From the NCBI GenBank assembly GCA_963827655.1, contig CAWHCF010000026.1:96001-160000 (forward strand): a DNA stretch of 64,000 bases, in the 5' to 3' direction. Shown here piece by piece: positions 34,641 to 44,812 of this stretch. The notes below the pieces were generated by a model. The model saw only the letters and a list, made by a program, of their open reading frames with translations. It had not been told where the DNA came from and ran no database searches. This DNA comes from an uncultured Acidobacteriota bacterium (GTDB lineage: Bacteria > Acidobacteriota > UBA6911). The translations under genes were made by a program, and so were the position numbers. Every line of letters begins with the position of its first letter. Within the stretch, counting starts at the first letter, position 1.

Positions 34641-36567
34641 CGACGAATCATTTAAACCGTATCGCGTATGTGTATATCCGGCAGTCGACCCTGGCGCAGC
34701 TGCAGCGCAATGTGGAGAGCCGGCGGTGCAAGAACGGCTGGTGGAGCGGGCGTAGGCGTTCGGCTGGTCCAAGCCGCGGATTATTGATGATGATCTTGGA
34801 TGCACTGCCAGTGGCGTCGTGGAGCGCTCTGGTTTTGAGCGGCTTCTTGCCGCGGTATGCGCGGGGGAAGTGGGAGCGATTTTTGCCTTTGAAGCGTCAC
34901 GCCTGGCACGCAATGGCCGAGAATGGCATACGCTGCTGGAACTGTGCGCAGTGGTTGACACCGTGCTCATTGATACCGAGGCGGTGTATGACCCGAAGTT
35001 CACCAATGATCGGCTGCTCTTGGGGCTGAAAGGCACGTTAAGCGAACTTGAGCTCGGGTTGTTTCGCGCGCGTTCGCATGCGGCGATCCGAGAGAAGGCC
35101 AAGCGCGGGGAATTCTATGGCCTGGTAGCTGCGGGATACCGCAAGACCAGAGATGGGCGACTTGAAAAAGAACCCGACCTGCGGGTGCAGCGGGCGCTGG
35201 AGTTCTCTTTGATAAGTTCCCACAATTTGGCAGCGCACGGCAGCTCGTGCGCTGGCTCCGGGAGGAGCAGGTCAAGATCCCCCGAAAAGAACAGAGCACG
35301 GACGACAGCCCAATCTGTTGGCGCCTTCCCACCCAGGCAGCATTGACCTCGATGCGTCTTAGAGCACGGCCGTAAACGCGTCGTGGTCAGTGGTTGTTCC
35401 GACCCGGGCGAATGGGAGATAATCCTTCGGGACCATCACCCCGGCTACATCAGCTGGGAGCAATATGAGCGAAACGTGGAGATGCTCAGACAGAATGTCA
35501 ACATGAAGGGTTACATGAGGGCTGGCGGAATCCGGGGAGGAGCCTCGGTGTTTGCGGGGATACTGCGCTGTGAACAGTGTTGGCGTAAGGTGGTGCACTA
35601 TAGTGGCGTGCACTCGCGAAGTATCGCTATAGTTGCAGCACCAACTGTCGCAATGACGATGGCAAGCGCTGCCTGTCGTTTTCTGCCAATGCACTGGAGC
35701 GCACCCTGCTTGGGCAATTGCTGGAGACCGTGAGTCCTCTGGGGGTGGAAGCGGCGTTGAAGGCGGCGGAGATTTTGGCTGTCCAAGGTCATACCTTGAG
35801 AGAGCAGCGGGAACTTGAGCTTACACAAGCGCGCTACGAGAGTGAGCGGGCGCGGCAACAATATAACTCTGTAGATCCGGCGAACCGTCTTGTCGCAAGC
35901 GAACTGGAGCGGCGCTGGGATGAGGCGCTGCTGAGAGTTGCTTGTCTTGAAGAAGAATTACAAGCCGTTGTTGTTGAAGACGCCGTGTCCGCTGAGGAGC
36001 GTCAAGCGCTGCTGGCGCTCGGCCAAGATCTTGCCGGCGTATGGGACAACCCAGCCACCTCACCTGAAGTAAAGAAGAGAATTGCCAGGACACTGGTAAA
36101 AGAAATCGTGCTCTTCGACGAAGCACACAGCATTAAGGCCATCGTGCATTGGCAAGGCGGAGACCACACAAAAGTGCAGGTGCCGAGGCTCACCTATCGA
36201 GAGAGTGCCTCGCCTACCGACACCGATACAGTGGAGATCATTCGTGCGCTTGCCCGACAGATGGCGGATCGCTTCATCGCTCGGGTGCTTAATCGACTTA
36301 AGATACCTACGGCTAAAGGGTACACATGGAATGAACGAGTGTGTGCCATCCGGCACGGGTATCACATTGCTGTATACCAGGATGGGTGAACGGGAGGGCC
36401 GCGGTGACCTCAATATGCTTGAAGCAGCTAAGGAACTGGGAGTTGAGCGGCGCGTGATCAGCGAGCTGGTACGGTTTCGGCTGCCTGCTCACGGCGGTAA
36501 CATTTCGTCTCGCAAAAATGAAATTGATCGACCCGAAACTTTTTCGCGCAAGGGAAAGGTGTCTTAA
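34628..36567 (+). pseudogene. Large serine recombinase, frameshifted and partly deleted
   Basis: AYVYIRQST, EASRLARN, DRLLLGLKG, HHPGYISWE, C-x2-C, DPANRLVASELERRW, C-terminal HTH. Confidence 0.85.
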
Positions 36568-36712
36568 AAGAGACGCCTGTTATGATTGAAACAGAGTACG
36601 ATCCTTCAATCACGTTTAGACCAAGGCTCCGAAGATTTTTTTCTTGATGTCTCGGATCGTGGTGTTTGGTGATTGAGTCTCGACTTACCACCTGAGGGGG
36701 CTTCATCCGCTC

Positions 36713-37570
36713 TTAACTTTCTCTTGTATCGGAAGAGTGGGAGGAGTCCAGACGGGGCGGTGTGGCGAGGCCGTGGTTATAGGCGTAAAACACGAGTTCG
36801 AAGCAACTAGAGACACCGAGTTTGTCGAAGATCGAGGTGAGGTGATGCCGCACTGTGGTCTCCGAAATAAACAACCGTTTGGCAAGTCGTCTGGTATTCA
36901 GCCCCTCGCCGATCAGGGTCACGACCTCGCGCTCGCGCCTTGTGAGGGTGGCGATGCTGGCTGCGTCCCAGTTCCTGGTCTTGACTCGCTTCGCAGGTGA
37001 GATTTCGCGGAGCGCTCTTGACAATTTCAAACGGTCCAGCCAGATCTCACCCGCATATATCCTCTCCATTGCCTTGACGAGGACCTCTGCCGGTTTGTCT
37101 TTATGTACAATACCCATAGCGCCGTGGTGCAGGACGTACTGGTCGACGTTGGAGTCATCTGTGCTAGTCAGGATCAGCAGGCCAGCTCCGTTCACGGTCT
37201 CGAGCACCTTGGTTAGCAAGTCGCAGCCGTTGAAAGAGTCGAGGTCGAACAGAATGACGTCAGGTTGCTCGCCATTGGCGGCCAGACCGTCGGCGTAACC
37301 CTTATCGTCGCCCACTATCCTAATCCCCGGCTGTTTCTCCATAATCAGACGCAGTCCCATGCGTGTGATCGCGTGGTTGCTCATAATCAGTACTCGAATC
37401 ACCTTTGAGACGGGTTCGGGCACCATGCCCATAATTTGTGCTTCCCGGCCAGGGAAATTCGCTGTTTCTAACTGTGCCACTGCCTTTCCCCCATGCAATA
37501 CATGCCGGGGAGCCGAGCGCCGGGCTCGTTCTTCTTCCGACTCGTATTTCAGTCTCACCTGTGGTTCCAA
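36713..37570 (-). CDS. NarL/LuxR-family response regulator (start possibly near 37430)
   Basis: PDVILFDLD receiver domain; LTRREREV..G....LFISETTVRHH..IFDKL HTH. Confidence 0.88.
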   Translation of the reverse strand: MEPQVRLKYESEEERARRSAPRHVLHGGKAVAQLETANFPGREAQIMGMVPEPVSKVIRVLIMSNHAITRMGLRLIMEKQPGIRIVGDDKGYADGLAANGEQPDVILFDLDSFNGCDLLTKVLETVNGAGLLILTSTDDSNVDQYVLHHGAMGIVHKDKPAEVLVKAMERIYAGEIWLDRLKLSRALREISPAKRVKTRNWDAASIATLTRREREVVTLIGEGLNTRRLAKRLFISETTVRHHLTSIFDKLGVSSCFELVFYAYNHGLATPPRLDSSHSSDTRES

Positions 37571-37981
37571 TTCGCAGTGAAGTTTGATACCGGGGGCTTT
37601 CTGGCGAGGTGCGCGATCCCACTTGAAGCTGCAGAAATTCCACAGTTCCGAAGATTTTGGAGTTTTCGCCTGAGCTATGAATATAGCATCGAACGTGTCC
37701 GGTAGCCAGCTAAAAGAATTTTACTTTGCACGTAAGCCGGAGGATGCTGAGCAATGACGCCGTATCGAACCGAAATATACGTCACCGTATCCAGATGCCC
37801 TGCCGCCCAACGGTTTCAGCCATGCAAACGAGCATGCACACCAGTCCCTCGGGGCATGGAGGAGCTCCGCGTTGAACTGTGATCAATGTGACCGCACTTG
37901 AATGCCTTTCTACTTCCTTGTGACGACAACCGGTGGAGCGTTTCATGATTTTTTTACGGACTCCCTTTTGGCGGGTTCTTC

Positions 37982-38018
37982 ACGTCTTCGTGGTGGATTT
38001 TGATCACCACGAAGACGT
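37982..38018. repeat. Hairpin form of the dispersed CACCACGAAGAC repeat
   Basis: ACGTCTTCGTGGTG-N9-CACCACGAAGACGT, 14-bp stem. Confidence 0.7.
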
Positions 38019-38629
38019 CGAAATCCTTTCGAGCCAGAATCATCCTGTTTGCCGCCGAAGGACTCAACTCCATTCTCCTCGCCAGATTGTCCAGTCCCTC
38101 GCCAAAAACCGTTCCGGCTCCGCTAATGTCAAGTGCTGAAGTGTTTTCCCTCAAGAGGTCTAAGAACGGCAGGAGATTCTCGAGCGCCAGTTCCGATTGT
38201 TGCCAGACGGACGTAGGATCAGGCACATTAGCCCGAAGGAAACTTCATATAACTGGCGAACCATCCGCAGGGCTTTACGTCTGAAATGAACAGCACCCAG
38301 TGATACTGGATATCGGCTCAAGCATACCGGGATGAAAGTCCCAGGCATCACAGCCGATCTGGGATCGTTCTTCATCGCCCAAGTTTCAGAAATCTGTTCT
38401 CGTTTGCATCGGGCTATGCGACCTTGAGCTGCAATTGGCCTGTAACCGCAGTATTGGGCTATCTCCACGCGGCTGGTTCAGACCTGGTTCGCCGACGAAC
38501 TTCTCGCTCTGCCCACGGGATTTCTGGGAGCGGTAGAAGTGATATCTCCGGGCGGGGCGCCATTCAGCATCATCGGACTCAACTTCCTGGGCGCCATATT
38601 CATCACCCAAGCTGCAACCGCTCTCCCCT

Positions 38630-38720
38630 GAAATTCGGTGACAGGCACCAGATTGCGCGGCAAGACACCCAGTCGTTTGGCCGCTCTAACCGTGCACTCT
38701 GGTGCCTGTCACCGAATTTC
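38630..38720. repeat. REPIN-like 23-bp perfect inverted repeat
   Basis: GAAATTCGGTGACAGGCACCAGA-N45-TCTGGTGCCTGTCACCGAATTTC directly after the permease stop. Confidence 0.85.
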
Positions 38721-40600
38721 TCATTCCTGCCGCAGCGCGATCATAGGATCGACGCTGGTCGCGCGGCGAGCGGGCAAATAACTGGCGAACCCCGCGATGG
38801 CGATCAGCAGGACCGATACAAGAAGGAAGGTCAGCGCGTCAGTGGGCTCGATGCCGAACAGCAGCGTGGAAAGAAGACGGGTGAGCGCGAACGCCCCGGC
38901 CAGCCCCAGAAGCACGCCGGCGCAGGCAAGCTTGAATCCATGCCCCACGACCAGGCGCCCGATATCCGCGCCCCCGGCTCCGAGCGCGATGCGGATACCC
39001 ATCTCATGCGTGCGCTGAGTCACCGAGTACGACATAACGCCATAGACGCCGATGGCGGCGAGAACCAGCGCGACGGCGGCAAAGATCGCGAGGAGCAGCA
39101 TGGGGAAGCGGCGCGGAATCATGGCTCGCTCAGCGTAATGGTCCATCGTGCGGACGTTGAACACGGGCAGATCCGCGTCCATGCGCTGGATCTCGCGCCG
39201 AACCGCCTGAGCCAGCGTCTGGGGATCGGACACGGCGGTACGAATCACCAGGGGCGCAGAACCCGGAGCCACCTGCCTGCTTGCTTTATAGGCCTCGGGC
39301 CTGAATGGAACGTCAGGCCGCGGCGTTTGGCGTCGCCCACTACGCCGATCACACTCATCCAGGGACCTTTACCTTCGGGCCAATCCTGCTTGACCCGCTT
39401 GCCGAGCGGATCTTCGGCCGGCCAGTTCTGCCGGGCGAAGGTCTGGTTCACGATGACTACCGGATTGGCGCCCAGCGTATCGCGCTCATCGAAGTCCCGG
39501 CCTTTGAGGATCGGAATTCCCATGGCGCGGAAATAGGCCGGCTGGGCTGTGTTGAAATCGGCATTCGGTAAGTCCTCACGCCGCGGGCTAGGACGCCCAT
39601 CGATCAGGTAGATCGAGTCCCAGCAACCGCTGGTCAGCGGCAGACAGTTAACCGCGCTGGCGGTCTCGACACCGGGAAGAGCGCGGATTTGCTCGAGAAG
39701 GGTTTTGAAGAACAAGACTCGCTGGTCATCCTTCGGATAGCGTGTTCCAGGCAGATTCACCGGCATCGTGAGCACCCGCTCGGTGCGAAAACCCGGGTTG
39801 ACCTTTTGAAGTTCTATCAGACTGCGGATGGTGAGTCCCGCGCCAATCAGCAGCATGAGGGCAAGCGCAATCTCGACGGTAACCAGAACGTTTCGCAAAG
39901 AGCGGCGACGAAAGCCGGAGACCGAAGTCCTGCCGCCTTCTTTGAGGTCGTCCACCAGATCGCCGCGCGTGGTGTGAAACGCGGGCGCGAGGCCGAAAAT
40001 CACGGCGGTCACGAGGGAGATCCCGAGAGTGAAGCCGAGCACGCCCGCGTTGATTCGAATGTCGGCCACGCGGCGAATGTTTTCCGGAATGAGGGCCATC
40101 AGCGAACGCACGCCCCAATCCGCCAGCACCAGGCCCACAGATGCGCCGATCAGCGCGAGCAGCACGCTTTCGGTAAGAATCTGTCGAATGAAGCGCCTGC
40201 GGTCCGCGCCCAGGGCCATGCGAATTGCGACCTCCTTCCGGCGGCCCGCCGCATGCGCAAGCATGAGGTTCGCGACGTTGGCGCAGGCGATCAACAACAC
40301 GAAACCCACAGCTCCGAGCAACACCAGCAGCGGCGTGGACCCGGTCAATCGCTCGCTGAGCGTGACAATGCGGATTCCGTTGCCGCTATTGGATTCCGGA
40401 TATTCTTTTTCCAGGCGCGCGGCGATGGCCTCCATGTCGGCTCGGGCGCGGTCGATCGTGACGCCCGGCTTGATCCGCGCCACAACATTAATTCCGGGGT
40501 GGTTGCCCCGGGGACCCATGTCGTCGCCATTGAGGCCGATGGGAGCAAACATTTCGCTTTCGTAAAAAAATCGAAAGTTGGGCGGAAGCCCAATCCGATC
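38721..40600 (-). pseudogene. ADOP/MacB-like duplicated permease, 5'-truncated and frameshifted
   Basis: LLIACANVANL, EVAIRMALGA, THEMGIRIALGA, PARRATSVDPMIALR. Confidence 0.88.
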
Positions 40601-40981
40601 ACGCTGCGGACAAGACAGTGATGGGCGCGGCTGCGCAAGCTCCTATGAGGTCACGGAGCACGGTCGGATCGAACGCCGCACCATAGGACCGGCAGTCGAC
40701 GGATCAACGCAAAGACACTCGTGAGAGGTCAATCCCAAACAGGAGTCAAACTGCCGGTCGCATGGCACAGCGATACGATCTTATTATCACTGTCCCATCA
40801 AGTGCCGTTGCGGCTGATGCTGCAGACGATCCCGAGCTCTGCCAGGGCAGTCCGGCACTGCGCGCTCGCGCACTAGGTCCCTCGGCCCGAATGATAGACG
40901 AGGCGGGCGTTTGGGTGGGATCCCAGAAGACTTTGTGGTAGGCTTTGCGGGTCCTCGGCCGCAGGAGGTGAACTGCGGCCC

Positions 40982-41263
40982 ATGGCTCACCACTCTCTGC
41001 TGCTTGCTCGCGCTCAGAACGTTCCAGCGCAGTACGGGCATTGCTGCAGGCCGGATGCGGGCGCTTGGGTTTGCGAGCTCCCCGGTGTTTATCGTGCCCG
41101 CCACCCTGAAGCCTCCATTTTCTACCAGACATTCGAGCAGCACTTCGACAGTTACGTCCGCGCCTATGAGGAGCGCTTCGAGCCCCGCTCAGGACCACTG
41201 CGCCGCGTTGTGCCTGAGAGTGTCGAGCAGTTTCTTGCCTGCGGTCGTCTCCAGGGAGGGTAA
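40982..41263 (+). pseudogene. IS91-family transposase N-terminal remnant, cut by LSR element 2
   Basis: VYRARHPEASIFYQ..HF..YEERFE..G....FLACGRLQGG, ending exactly at the element junction. Confidence 0.85.
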
Positions 41264-41306
41264 GCTGTCACGCACTAAGTATATCCTTCAGAATTCATCG
41301 CCGTAT

Positions 41307-41543
41307 GTGAAGGTAACCCGGCGGCATCATCCCCTATACAACCAGGAACTCGAAGTTCTCAATGCCGACAAGCAAACACTGGTCCTGCGTCTTGCTGACG
41401 GTTCTCCAATGAAAATGCCCCGGGCATGGACCAACGCCGACGGCGGGGCACGGGTCGAGGAGCCTTCAATCTCCTCGGTATTCACCATCGAGGCGCTTCG
41501 CGAACTGATCGCTCTGGTGGGCGCTTTTCAGAATCGCGATTGA
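41307..41543 (+). CDS. Element 2 ORF1 (DUF5372/Y4bD-like)
   Basis: VTRRHHPLYNQELEV, MPRAWTNA, IEALRELIALV; frame open back to the left junction. Confidence 0.7.
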   Translation: MKVTRRHHPLYNQELEVLNADKQTLVLRLADGSPMKMPRAWTNADGGARVEEPSISSVFTIEALRELIALVGAFQNRD

Positions 41544-41599
41544 ACTCCTGACAGCGGCTATGTACGCATGGCTCCAGAAGCCCATACGTGGAGGAGCCC

Positions 41600-41773
41600 A
41601 TGCACCGACAAAGAACATTGCCGCTGGATGGTCAGGAATCTCTGGAGGCGCTTTGGCGGCGATTTCCCGAAGAAGGCCGCCGCAAGGTCATCGCAATCTA
41701 TGCGCGTCTGCTGGCCCTGGCCGTCCACGGCGAGAGGAAAAAGGAGAAGAGCAGTGACAAACTCAAAGATTGA
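41600..41773 (+). CDS. Element 2 ORF2, small protein
   Basis: RBS GGAGGA; QRTLPL..LWRRFPEEGRRKVIAIYARL; overlaps the LSR start. Confidence 0.65.
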   Translation: MHRQRTLPLDGQESLEALWRRFPEEGRRKVIAIYARLLALAVHGERKKEKSSDKLKD

Positions 41774-44036
41774 TACCGGTACCAAGATCCGTTCCGAGCA
41801 TCTCCAACGGAAAGCTTTTGTATACATACGACAGTCTTCACTCAGGCAAGTTCGAGACCATGTCGAGGGCAGAGTGAGGCAATATCAAATGGTGGACTGG
41901 GCCGAGCGAACAGGTTGGCCCAAAGAGCGTATCGTCGTGATTGACGAAGACCAGGGCAAAAGCGCAGCCGTGGCCGAGGCCCGCATTGGATTCGGACAGT
42001 TGATCACCGCGGTGGGCCGAGGCGAGGGGGGAATCGTAATCAGCCTGGAAGTTTCCCGCCTGGCGCGCAACAGCCCGGATTGGCACCACCTGATCTACCT
42101 CAGTCGCTGGACCGATACGCTCATCACGGATGGGGAAACGATCTACGATCCCAAGTTGAGCGCCGACCGCATGGTCTTAGGGATTCGCGGGCAGGTGAGC
42201 GAGCTCGAGCTTGACCATTCGATCCAGCGCATGATCGACGCTCGCTGGAACAAAGCTCGCCGTGGTGAACTGATGACGATCCCACCCGCGGGGTACGATC
42301 TGGATGAGCTGAATGAGCTGGTTCTCACGGTCGATGAATCTGTCTCTCACGCCATCAAGACGGTGTTCGCAAAACTGGATGAGCTGGGGAGCGGGAGGCA
42401 GGTGTTTTTGTGGTGGAAGCAACAGGGGCTGAAGTATCCTGTGCGCCGGGTGGAGTTGCGCACGCATCCCGTCGTGTGGCTGGAGCCGAACTACGGCATG
42501 ATCCTGAGGACCCTGCACAATCCTATATATGCCGGAGTCTACGTCTTTGGCCGCATCGAGACCGTGCGCGAGCTCGACCAGGACAATCCCAACCGGCTTC
42601 GAGTGCGCAGGGTTCAACGGCGGAATCCATGGCCGGTGTTGATCGAAGATCATCACGCGGCTTACGTTTCCTTCAAGAAGTATTTGAAGAATCAAGAGCT
42701 GCTTGGGAACAACGCGATGATGAAGGCACGTGCTACCAACAATGCCGGTGCGGCGCGCGAGGGCGAAGCCTTGCTGCAGGGCCTGGTTCGATGCGGCCGT
42801 TGTGGGCGGCCGATGACGGTCGGTTACGGCGGCAATCGTGCGGGCAAGTCCAGCCGAACGATGCAATATCGCTGTCAGGAATCCCGCAGCCGTGTGGGAG
42901 AGAGGGGTTGCCAAACGATTGGAGGGAAGCGCATCGATGCGGCGGTGGTGCAGGCGTTTTTGGAGGCAACGGCTTCGGCAGGGATCGCAGCCGTGGGCCA
43001 GATGCAAGAGCAGTTGCGGGCTGAGAACGAAGCCAGCGAGCGTGCTTGGGCGCTGCAAGTAGAAAAGGCCGAATACGAGGCGAAGCGAGCCGAGAGGCAA
43101 TTCCACGCCGCTGAGCCCGAGAATCGGCTTGTGGCTAGAGAGCTGGAGAGGAGATGGAACGAACGGCTGACGGAACTGGAAGTCGTACGACAAAAGGCGC
43201 AGGCGGCGCACCGGAAAATTCTCTGGCTCAACGAGGAGGAAATGGCGCGAGCCAAACAGTTGGCGGAGAACCTCCAAGAGGTCTGGCGCAGTGAGACGAC
43301 GGCCAATCGGGACCGCAAACGTCTGCTCCGCTGCCTCATCGAAGAGGTCCAGCTCACTACGGAAGAGACACGTTATCTGGTGCGCATTATCTGGAAGGGT
43401 GGAGCGGTCACCGAGCGAGAGGTGGTTCGACACCCGGCGGGCAGCGCTTTTACCAAGACATCAGAGGATGACATCGAGCTGGTACGGCAACTGGCTCGAG
43501 AGTTTGAAGACGCTCAGATTGCCCGAATTTTGAATAAGCAAGGGCGGCGCACCGGATTCGGTAATCCTTTCACGCAGGCGAATGTGCTGTCGCTGCGCGG
43601 CCGCCACCAGATCCCAAAGTGTCGAGCTTATCGAGCCAAAGATCCGAAAGAGGGCCCGTTCACCGCCGACGAAGCTGCGGCGGAACTCGGCGTAGCCATG
43701 AGCACGATTCACCGCTGGCTGCGCGAAGGGGTTTTAGCCGGAGAGCAAATGACGCCCGGAGCGCCATGGAGAATCGTGCTCAGTGATGACGTGCGCCGTA
43801 AGCTTTCCGGTGGCAATGCTCCGGAAGGTTGGGCAGGTCTGACCGAAGCCGCCAGAAGACTGGGCTTGTCCAAATCCCACGTTGTCTATCTAATCAAGAC
43901 CGGCCGGCTTGAAGCGATGCAGGTTGCTTTCCGCACTCGGCGAAGTTGGAGGATCAACCTGGACTCAGCCACGTGTGGCCGGCAAGCGGGGATGTTTGAC
44001 GAGAAGGGAAATGATGATTCCAAGGACGCGCAGTAG
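41754..44036 (+). CDS. Large serine recombinase with recombinase, Zn-ribbon and coiled-coil domains plus two C-terminal HTH modules
   Basis: AFVYIRQSS, EVSRLARN, NPIYAG, CGRCG..YRC, ENRLVARELERRW, EAAAELGV and EAARRLGL HTHs. Confidence 0.93.
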   Translation: MTNSKIDTGTKIRSEHLQRKAFVYIRQSSLRQVRDHVEGRVRQYQMVDWAERTGWPKERIVVIDEDQGKSAAVAEARIGFGQLITAVGRGEGGIVISLEVSRLARNSPDWHHLIYLSRWTDTLITDGETIYDPKLSADRMVLGIRGQVSELELDHSIQRMIDARWNKARRGELMTIPPAGYDLDELNELVLTVDESVSHAIKTVFAKLDELGSGRQVFLWWKQQGLKYPVRRVELRTHPVVWLEPNYGMILRTLHNPIYAGVYVFGRIETVRELDQDNPNRLRVRRVQRRNPWPVLIEDHHAAYVSFKKYLKNQELLGNNAMMKARATNNAGAAREGEALLQGLVRCGRCGRPMTVGYGGNRAGKSSRTMQYRCQESRSRVGERGCQTIGGKRIDAAVVQAFLEATASAGIAAVGQMQEQLRAENEASERAWALQVEKAEYEAKRAERQFHAAEPENRLVARELERRWNERLTELEVVRQKAQAAHRKILWLNEEEMARAKQLAENLQEVWRSETTANRDRKRLLRCLIEEVQLTTEETRYLVRIIWKGGAVTEREVVRHPAGSAFTKTSEDDIELVRQLAREFEDAQIARILNKQGRRTGFGNPFTQANVLSLRGRHQIPKCRAYRAKDPKEGPFTADEAAAELGVAMSTIHRWLREGVLAGEQMTPGAPWRIVLSDDVRRKLSGGNAPEGWAGLTEAARRLGLSKSHVVYLIKTGRLEAMQVAFRTRRSWRINLDSATCGRQAGMFDEKGNDDSKDAQ

Positions 44037-44499
44037 GGTTGCCGCCGAAGGTCAAAGCAGGGCGGTGATCGGAGAAACACCTGTGGGCATGGCGCAGGAT
44101 ATTGTGAGCAGTTACGAGCGTCGGCTGGAAAAAACCACTCGATAAGGCTCTGAAAGTAGACAGGCGATTAGAGGCGATGCAGCCGAAGCCAGCCTTGGGA
44201 AACAGAGCGAAGCAACATTGGAAGACACCTTGTTGTCCGGCAGTTTGCGCCAGCCGATTTATCTGGGCATCGAGATTGCGATCCTAAAAGGGTATGCTCA
44301 ATTCCAGCGAGGTCACCGTGAGCAGGCAAACTCGACGTTACCTATTTGGTCAAAACTTTGTGGTGCGAATGAACTCGGAAACCAAACCACCTTGCAAAAC
44401 AGAAGAATCAATGTGAATGCAGGCGCTTGCAGCCGGCAAGTGGAGAGATTTTACCAAATGACAAACACCAATATCAGGGAGGCGTAGTATGCACGGGAC

Positions 44500-44650
44500 A
44501 ACGGCTTCGCCCGCGAACGTTGCCCTCCGTCAGCCAGTAGGTGCCCACGGTCAACGCCGGGAACGAGAACGCTCCGTCCCGGGTGTTCATATCGGTTCGG
44601 GTGAAGCCGGCGTCCTGGTTCAGCACGGTAACCTTAGCCGGCGGGCATCG
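44500..44650 (-). pseudogene. Fragment of a TonB-receptor N-terminal domain
   Basis: AKVTVLNQDAGFTR....DGAFSFPALTVGTY. Confidence 0.6.
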
Positions 44651-44765
44651 AGGGCGCCAGTCGCATCCACCACGATGCCTCCCCGGCCAAATCAAGGGTG
44701 AACTGTCCGAGACAAGAAGAAGCTTGGTCGTCTTCCTTTCAGGAGGCTCCCTAATACCCTAGGTT

Positions 44766-44812
44766 TTCGGGGTCCTTCAGGTTTTTTCAGCATTCTTCAG
44801 CCGGACTTTCAG
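44766..44812 (+). promoter_or_regulatory. Helically phased TTCAG direct repeats
   Basis: TTCGG or TTCAG at 44766, 44776, 44786, 44796 and 44808. Confidence 0.5.

Larger units (their letters stand above)
34168..36586 (+). mobile_element. Three-gene large serine recombinase (LSR) element, copy 1 (degraded)
   Basis: ORF1-ORF2-LSR in the same order as 41257..44039; ATCATAA/TTATGAT inverted motif at 34176 and 36580. Confidence 0.7.
41257..44039 (+). mobile_element. Three-gene large serine recombinase element, copy 2 (intact), AGGGT duplicated at both ends
   Basis: AGGGT at 41257-41261 and 44035-44039; ORF1-ORF2-LSR between them. Confidence 0.8.

Noticed and set aside
37800-38460. Short ORFs upstream of the LuxR gene
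   Set aside because: No recognisable motifs; one reads through a repeat hairpin
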